Of a stretch of 64,000 bases of DNA, positions 59,046 through 64,000 are shown in pieces. Origin of the DNA: Candidatus Woesearchaeota archaeon (GTDB taxonomy: Archaea; Nanobdellota; Nanobdellia; SCGC-AAA011-G17; GW2011-AR17); NCBI GenBank assembly GCA_964411565.1, contig CAYPLB010000003.1:29953-93952 (forward strand), in the 5' to 3' direction. The position numbers and the translations under genes are program-made. The notes beneath the pieces were generated by a model, which saw only the letters and a program-made list of their open reading frames with translations, was not told where the DNA came from and made no database searches. The first letter of the stretch is position 1. Every line of letters starts with the position of its first letter.

Positions 59046-60419
59046 TTACTTTTTCTTTAACTTACCATTAAAAGATTTAAGAATTTTTTCTTTACCAGTC
59101 CAATTTAAAGCTTCTTTGAAAACTTCTTCAATTCTCATAACAGGTATAATTTTTATTTTGTTTAATTTAGTTTTTTCAATAACCAAATCTTTTTCATTTG
59201 ATTTAGGAATAATAACTCTTTTTAATCCAGCATCAATAGCTGCTTCTATCTTTGCAGTTACTCCACCTACAGCTAATACTTCTCCTCTCACAGATAAAGA
59301 ACCGGTCATAGCAGTATCTTGTCTAACTGGAACTTGTTTTAATGCAGATATAATTGAAGTTGCTACAGCAATAGAAGCTGAGTCACCTTCTACACCTTCA
59401 GTTGATTGAACAAATTGTATGAAAACATCATATTTTTCTCTCAAATCTTCTCCAAAATATTTTAGAACCAAAGCTGAAACATTCTTTACAGCTTCTTTTG
59501 CAATCTCACCTAATTTACCTGTTGCAACAAATTCAGTTTTTTTACCACCTGGAGTTACTTCTGATTCAATAGGTAAAACAATTCCTGAAAATGCAGTTTC
59601 TCCACCAATAACAGCTAAACCATTTACTCTACCTACTCTAATTCCAGATGTAACAATTACTTCATATTTCTTTTTTGCTTCAATATATTTATCAGCAATT
59701 TGTTGTTCTAAAGTTCTTGAAAGTTTTTTAGCTTCAGTAACATGTATAGCTTTAACATATTTTGATTTATCTTCTAAAGCTAAATCTCCTGCAGCTCTAA
59801 CTAATCCACCTAACTCTCTTAATCTACAAGTTAACTTACCAGAAGTAGAAGCCATTTTTCTTGCTTCATGTATAATTAATTCAACAGCTTCTTTAGAAAA
59901 ATGAGGTATTTTTTTATCTTTTACAACTTCTTGTGCAACAAAAATAGCTAATTTATTTCTATTCTCTGGAGTATCATTCATTGTATCATTCATGTAAACT
60001 TCATAACCATAACCCCTAATTCTTGATCTTAAAGCTGGATGCATATGTTTAACAGTTTCATAATTTCCTGCAGCCATTAAAATAAAATCTGTTGGTACTG
60101 GTTCTGATCTTGTCATTGCACCACTTGATCTCTCAGATTGTCCAGTGATAGGATATTTTTTTTCTTGTAATGCTGTAAGTAATTCCTGTTGTGAATGTTG
60201 AGTTAATGTTGAAATCTCATCAATAAATAAAACTCCACCAGAAGCTCTATGAATCATTCCAGGAATTAATCTTTCATGAGGAGGAGTTCCTAATCCACCA
60301 GAATTTTTACACAAAATACCATTTGCAAATAAATTACCTGTCTCTGTTGTTAGGTTGTATAAATATCCTTTAAATGGAATTTTTTCAATTTTTACAATTT
60401 TTTCCTTTTTTAAAGTCAT
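59046..60419 (-). CDS. lonB: LonB protease C-terminal fragment: 39-aa C-intein half, then C-extein (rest of the AAA+ module plus S16 protease domain)
   Basis: Starts [39 protein letters not shown]|[30 protein letters not shown]... and continues collinearly with archaeal LonB to the protease site ([30 protein letters not shown]). Confidence 0.85.
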   Translation of the reverse strand: MTLKKEKIVKIEKIPFKGYLYNLTTETGNLFANGILCKNSGGLGTPPHERLIPGMIHRASGGVLFIDEISTLTQHSQQELLTALQEKKYPITGQSERSSGAMTRSEPVPTDFILMAAGNYETVKHMHPALRSRIRGYGYEVYMNDTMNDTPENRNKLAIFVAQEVVKDKKIPHFSKEAVELIIHEARKMASTSGKLTCRLRELGGLVRAAGDLALEDKSKYVKAIHVTEAKKLSRTLEQQIADKYIEAKKKYEVIVTSGIRVGRVNGLAVIGGETAFSGIVLPIESEVTPGGKKTEFVATGKLGEIAKEAVKNVSALVLKYFGEDLREKYDVFIQFVQSTEGVEGDSASIAVATSIISALKQVPVRQDTAMTGSLSVRGEVLAVGGVTAKIEAAIDAGLKRVIIPKSNEKDLVIEKTKLNKIKIIPVMRIEEVFKEALNWTGKEKILKSFNGKLKKK

Positions 60420-61459
60420 TAGATAGAAAAGTTATATTTAATTATATATAAATCCTTTGATGTTAAATTCAATAAGTCTAATGTATAGTCATGAGTATAA
60501 CCTTTATCAATTAAATCAAAATATCTTTTTTCTTTTAAATATTTAAATTCTTCAAAAATTTTATCAAGTTTTTTTCCTTTATAATCACAATAATAAAGCT
60601 TAATATTTTCTTTAAAATTGTAAATATTACTAAATTTTGTAGAAATAGGAATTCTATAAACATAATGTTCTTTTTCTTTACTATAATTTATATAAATTTT
60701 ATTTGTTTTTATCTTTTTTCTATTAAAATATTTTTTAATTTGTTTAAGGTATTTAATTATGTTTAAATCATTGTTTTTCTTAGAAGTAATACCAAATTCT
60801 AAAGAATTTAAACTAGTTCCTGAAACATGCATTTTAGGTATCCCAATCTCAGATCCAAATAAAGCACCATAGAAATAATCTTCAATTTTAAGATCTACTG
60901 AAACCCATTTTGGAATTTTCATAATAGTTTTAGTTTTTTTACCAATTGGAGAACCAAGTGCTTTAAAAAACCTTATAACTTTTCGATTTGTATTTTGATA
61001 AGACCAAGATTCACCATATTCTCCACCTTCAATTTCTCTAGAGTTTAGTTCAATATCTATTCCAAAAATAATATTTAAATCTCTTTTGAATTCATATAAA
61101 GCAAATTTCTCAGAACTTGAAAGGAAAATAGCATTAAGATTTCCAAAAATTCCTCCATCACCGAAAGAAGAACCAAATATTTTTGCAATCAAATGTATTC
61201 TTTTATGATTAAATTTTAAAGGTATTAATCTTCTTTTTTTTAGCCAATTTACAGTTTGAATAGGAATAGGTTTATGTTTTCCAGCATGCCACCATCTTGT
61301 TTTGTGATAAGGTTGATTCATTAATTTAGCAATTTTTTTATATCCAAATTCAGGATTTTCTTGTTTAATTTTTTTATATTCATAATATAATCTAGATTGC
61401 TCTTGCTGTGCTTTACTATAAGTATTGATAATATCATCTTCTTTAATTATATAATTCAT
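60419..61459 (-). CDS. free-standing LAGLIDADG-type homing endonuclease located between the two LonB halves
   Basis: [16 protein letters not shown] and [11 protein letters not shown] motifs. Own ATG and upstream TATA plus GC-rich motif. Different frame from the Lon pieces; its TAA overlaps the ATG of the downstream Lon fragment (TAATG). Confidence 0.7.
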   Translation of the reverse strand: MNYIIKEDDIINTYSKAQQEQSRLYYEYKKIKQENPEFGYKKIAKLMNQPYHKTRWWHAGKHKPIPIQTVNWLKKRRLIPLKFNHKRIHLIAKIFGSSFGDGGIFGNLNAIFLSSSEKFALYEFKRDLNIIFGIDIELNSREIEGGEYGESWSYQNTNRKVIRFFKALGSPIGKKTKTIMKIPKWVSVDLKIEDYFYGALFGSEIGIPKMHVSGTSLNSLEFGITSKKNNDLNIIKYLKQIKKYFNRKKIKTNKIYINYSKEKEHYVYRIPISTKFSNIYNFKENIKLYYCDYKGKKLDKIFEEFKYLKEKRYFDLIDKGYTHDYTLDLLNLTSKDLYIIKYNFSI

Positions 61460-61488
61460 ATGTTTAAATTATTGTTTTTTATATATAA

Positions 61489-61519
61489 GTGCTGCGCGCA
61501 CTCATGTCCAGTGTCCATA
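61489..61519 (-). promoter_or_regulatory. GC-rich motif (TATGGACACTGGACATGAGTGCGCGCAGCAC on the minus strand) abutting a TATA box upstream of the endonuclease gene
   Basis: Paralogous to the motif upstream of hef (33788-33811); same spacing to TATA and ATG. Confidence 0.5.
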
Positions 61520-61523
61520 CTTA

Positions 61524-62519
61524 TTAAGAATTTGTTAGAAGAATATTTCCAATTTTTAATTTTTCAGCATCAATATAATTAATATTTTTATTTTCACTTA
61601 TTGCAACTTTATGTTCAGGACTTACTAATAATTCCTTACCAGACTCAGTAATAATTTTGAATAAATTACACTCTTTGTAATGTTTATTTACAGATAAAAT
61701 CTCTGTATTTATAATTTTATTATCCTTAATAGCATTAATTACATATTTATCTTTTTCAAGGAATGTTGCTTCATAACCATCTTGTTTTATTAAGTCTTTA
61801 GTTTTTGTAAGTAAATTATTGACAAAAATTTCTATGTTAATTAAACTATTATTTATTTTTATTTTGTTACTACTTTGAAATGATTGTAAAGGATCGTGAA
61901 GTACATCTCCTAAAAGTGCACCAGCATGTGCACCAGTAGCATCATGGAAAGGTGCTTTCTTTTTCTTTGAACTATCTATTAATAATTTAGGAACAGTAGA
62001 TTGTCCACCAAGTTTTGAAGTTTTTTTACTTAAGTTTAAGAAAAGCATAAAACCAATAATAAATACCATACTTGTAATCATTGAAGCTGCATATATTACA
62101 GCAGAATCAAAAGGAAAAATTTGTCTTGAGTAAAAATAATAAGGAAGTATAGTTGCAATTAATACAAAAACAAATAATAAAATATTTTGATTTCTAAAGG
62201 AACCCATAGCATTCACTTTTGCCTGAGTAACTAAAGTCTTACCTTTTCCTCTAGGATAAGTCTTTATTAAAGGAACATTATCATCTGCAGGATTTGGAAA
62301 AGAAAGTACATCTTTAAGTTTTTCTTGAGGTAATAATTCAGCTAAAGCTTGACCAAGCATACTTTTTCCTGTACCAGGAGAACCAATAAGCAATATATTT
62401 CTTCTTTGATGTGCAGCTTTTTTAATTAAATTTACAGCACCATCTTGACCAATAACTTGACTAACAATATCTTTAGGTATTTTTATATCACTAGTATTGT
62501 TATATTTTAATGTAGACAT
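61524..62519 (-). CDS. lonB: LonB protease N-terminal fragment: N-extein (Walker A, membrane hairpin) plus 119-aa N-intein half
   Basis: QVIGQDGAVNLIKKAAHQRRNILLIGSPGTGKSMLGQALAELLP...VPKLLIDSSKKKKAPFHDATGAHAGALLGDVLHDPLQ matches LonB through the membrane insertion, then intein sequence up to the stop. Confidence 0.85.
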   Translation of the reverse strand: MSTLKYNNTSDIKIPKDIVSQVIGQDGAVNLIKKAAHQRRNILLIGSPGTGKSMLGQALAELLPQEKLKDVLSFPNPADDNVPLIKTYPRGKGKTLVTQAKVNAMGSFRNQNILLFVFVLIATILPYYFYSRQIFPFDSAVIYAASMITSMVFIIGFMLFLNLSKKTSKLGGQSTVPKLLIDSSKKKKAPFHDATGAHAGALLGDVLHDPLQSFQSSNKIKINNSLINIEIFVNNLLTKTKDLIKQDGYEATFLEKDKYVINAIKDNKIINTEILSVNKHYKECNLFKIITESGKELLVSPEHKVAISENKNINYIDAEKLKIGNILLTNS

Positions 62520-62575
62520 GAGGATTAGAAAATATTGTTTAGTTTATATAATTTACTTATTAAAAAAAAATAATA

Positions 62576-62833
62576 TTAAACTATGTCTTCTTCTGCTACT
62601 ACAACAAAATCACCTACAGCAATTACAGATGAAAATGGAACTAACCACTGTCCATTCTTATCTTGCTCAATATCAAGATGATCAATGTAAGAAGTTGGAT
62701 TTTTTAGAATAATGTGCATAATTTCACCAGTTCTTGTTTCGAAAGCTAAATTACCAACTTCACCAAATTTTTTTCCAGATTTTGTCACAACAGTTTTACT
62801 CATAAGAGATCTTGAATTTCTTTTTTCTTGCAT
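62576..62833 (-). CDS. PRC-barrel domain protein
   Basis: 85 aa; ...GKKFGEVGNLAFETRTGEIMHIIL...VIAVGDFVVV fits the PRC-barrel pattern. Confidence 0.5.
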   Translation of the reverse strand: MQEKRNSRSLMSKTVVTKSGKKFGEVGNLAFETRTGEIMHIILKNPTSYIDHLDIEQDKNGQWLVPFSSVIAVGDFVVVAEEDIV

Positions 62834-62887
62834 TATAATTCCTCCTGTAATAAAGTTCTATTTTAAAGGTTTATATAATTTTCTAGA

Positions 62888-63202
62888 CTAAGATTCTAAT
62901 ATGTCTCTAAGAAAATCTTTTGTTTTCTTTTCTGCAGTATCTATAATATTAAGATCTTCCCATTCAATATTCTCAATGTCTTGCTGTACATCTTCAGCTA
63001 TAACTGATCCTGTCTTTGCAAATGTATTATCTGGACTGAAAAAATTACTTAAATCGAAGAAAGAAGCTAAAAACATTAATAACACTAGAAATATTAATCC
63101 TACTATAAAATATCTAAATATATTTTTTGTAAATTTATGTTTAAATAATTCTAATAGAAAAAAAGCTACTAAAATTACAACTACTATTGCTAATAAACCC
63201 AT
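62888..63202 (-). CDS. small hypothetical membrane protein
   Basis: 104 aa with two TM helices. Confidence 0.3.
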   Translation of the reverse strand: MGLLAIVVVILVAFFLLELFKHKFTKNIFRYFIVGLIFLVLLMFLASFFDLSNFFSPDNTFAKTGSVIAEDVQQDIENIEWEDLNIIDTAEKKTKDFLRDILES

Positions 63203-63249
63203 GTATTAATATAAAGAGGTAATAGTTTTTATAATTTGTTATTGTGTAG

Positions 63250-63670
63250 ACCCCCTCAGACCTTAATTTCCTATGGAAAGTTAAATAAAAAATTATAGAT
63301 TGTGTTCATTTTTCTTGTTTGTTTTATTTCAAATGGAGATATTAAAAATCTATTAAGAAAATTAATTATTTATAGAGGAAAAATGATTAAAAAAATTAGT
63401 CAAAAATTATTATTATTTTATTTGTTTTAAATCTTTAGAATTCTTTCTTTTTAGCTTTTAATTCTTTATTATTATTTTTTATATCTTTATATATATTTAT
63501 ATGTATTATTGTATTATTATTATTATTATAGAAAATCTATTTTGTAGTTGTTATTTTTTTGATGTTGTCATTTAAGAGTTCTATATGAAATGATGGGGTA
63601 AATTTATAAAGGAAGAAGAGTCTAAACACATTTAGATTGAGAAAAATGTTTCCAAAGGAAATAAGGGTCT
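63250..63670. promoter_or_regulatory. candidate replication origin (oriC): two inverted ORB-like elements flanking an AT-rich region directly upstream of orc1/cdc6
   Basis: 63250-63280 reads ACCCCCTCAGACCTTAATTTCCTATGGAAAG (reverse-oriented TTTCCATAGGAAA ... GGGGGT). 63648-63670 reads GTTTCCAAAGGAAATAAGGGTCT. Both have the dyad TTCCnnnGGAA plus a G-string; about 365 bp of about 85% AT, including (ATT)n, lies between them. Confidence 0.5.
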
Positions 63671-63728
63671 CTGTCTATATGTTAAACAAGATGAAAGTTT
63701 AAATAATGTTTTTGTTTAAGGAGAGTTT

Positions 63729-64000
63729 ATGGGAAAAGAGGGATTAAATCAATACTTTGAAGATTTTCTTAAAAAAGAACCATTCTTTTTAGATAAATCA
63801 GTGTTACAAGCTAATTATTCTCCTGATATAATATTACATAGAGAAGAACAAGTGAATAAAGTTGCAGGTATTTTAGCTCCTGCATTAAGAAAAGAAAAAC
63901 CTTCTAATATATTTTGTTATGGGAAAACAGGAACTGGAAAAACTTTGACAGCAAAACATGTAACTAATAGTATTATGGAAATTGCTAAGAAAAATGATTT
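63729..64000 (+). CDS. cdc6: Orc1/Cdc6 replication initiator (5' part; continues beyond the window)
   Basis: MGKEGLNQYFEDFLKKEPFFLDKSVLQANYSPDIILHREEQVNKVAGILAPALRKEKPSNIFCYGKTGTGKT: Orc1/Cdc6 N-terminus with Walker A. Confidence 0.9.
   Translation, partial: MGKEGLNQYFEDFLKKEPFFLDKSVLQANYSPDIILHREEQVNKVAGILAPALRKEKPSNIFCYGKTGTGKTLTAKHVTNSIMEIAKKND

Larger units (their letters stand above)
60303..61883 (-). mobile_element. split (fractured) intein in lonB: N-intein half (about 61527-61883), endonuclease gene, C-intein half (60303-60419)
   Basis: The Hint N-terminal half (SFQSS...GKELLVSPEHKV...LLTNS*) follows the N-extein ...LGDVLHDPLQ. The C-terminal half ends ...NGILCKN before +1 Ser. The insertion point DPxQ/SGGLGTP is the point where LonB sequence resumes. 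Confidence 0.75.

Noticed and set aside
59116-59904. ORFs 59116..59409 and 59419..59904 (+)
   Set aside because: Antisense to the LonB protease-domain fragment.
62497-63209. ORFs 62497..62712 (+) and 62901..63209 (+)
   Set aside because: Overlap or antisense to better-supported minus-strand genes (lonB N-fragment, PRC-barrel, small membrane protein).
1-64000. rRNA genes, additional tRNAs, CRISPR, transposases
   Set aside because: No long GC-rich structured islands beyond the two tRNAs and the short promoter motifs; no IS-type transposase ORFs recognised.

Overview
This is a very AT-rich (roughly 30% GC) archaeal chromosomal segment, and gene content and architecture look DPANN-like. Archaeal markers include Pth2, DtdA, Hef, membrane LonB, Orc1/Cdc6, tyrosine recombinase, tRNAs with introns, LAGLIDADG homing endonucleases and many class-III (prepilin-type) signal peptides.

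Main blocks, left to right:
- 1-10 kb: tRNA-Tyr, translation and nucleotide-sugar housekeeping genes.
- 10.2-11 kb: an intron-bearing tRNA-Trp, convergently overlapped by a free-standing LAGLIDADG endonuclease gene.
- 11-19 kb: a minus-strand type-IV-pilus-like locus with about nine tandem prepilin-like genes and a large polytopic membrane protein.
- 19.5-24 kb: a copper homeostasis cluster (CopA, an HMA-membrane-cupredoxin protein, CopZ and a membrane-anchored wHTH regulator).
- 24.1-27.9 kb: a FlaI/VirB11-family secretion ATPase carrying a 512-aa LAGLIDADG intein.
- 28-31.3 kb: an operon of unknown function (PRC-barrel protein, three tandem paralogous 4-TM proteins, two coiled-coil proteins).
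- 33.8-36 kb: Hef helicase/nuclease.
- 36-39 kb: an S-layer-like glycoprotein.
- 39-49 kb: ThpR, agmatinase, TyrRS, SNase, DnaQ-like exonuclease, a CPA2 antiporter and NUDIX.
- 49.8-55.4 kb: a possibly mobile region with a tyrosine recombinase, small unknown ORFs and two paralogous wHTH genes separated by an 8-unit iteron array.
- 55.9-59 kb: ArgRS and a dNMP-kinase/dCMP-deaminase fusion.
- 59-62.5 kb: a 'fractured' LonB gene, split into two ORFs by a split intein with a free-standing LAGLIDADG endonuclease gene between the halves.
- 63.2-64 kb: an AT-rich putative oriC with inverted ORB-like elements directly upstream of a 5' partial orc1/cdc6.

Notable anomalies:
- Three otherwise continuous genes carry a single in-frame stop (TAA at 2420, TAA at 46921, TGA at 52770).
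- A conserved GC-rich motif sits immediately 5' of the TATA box of both the hef and the LonB-embedded endonuclease genes.

No rRNA genes or CRISPR arrays were seen.
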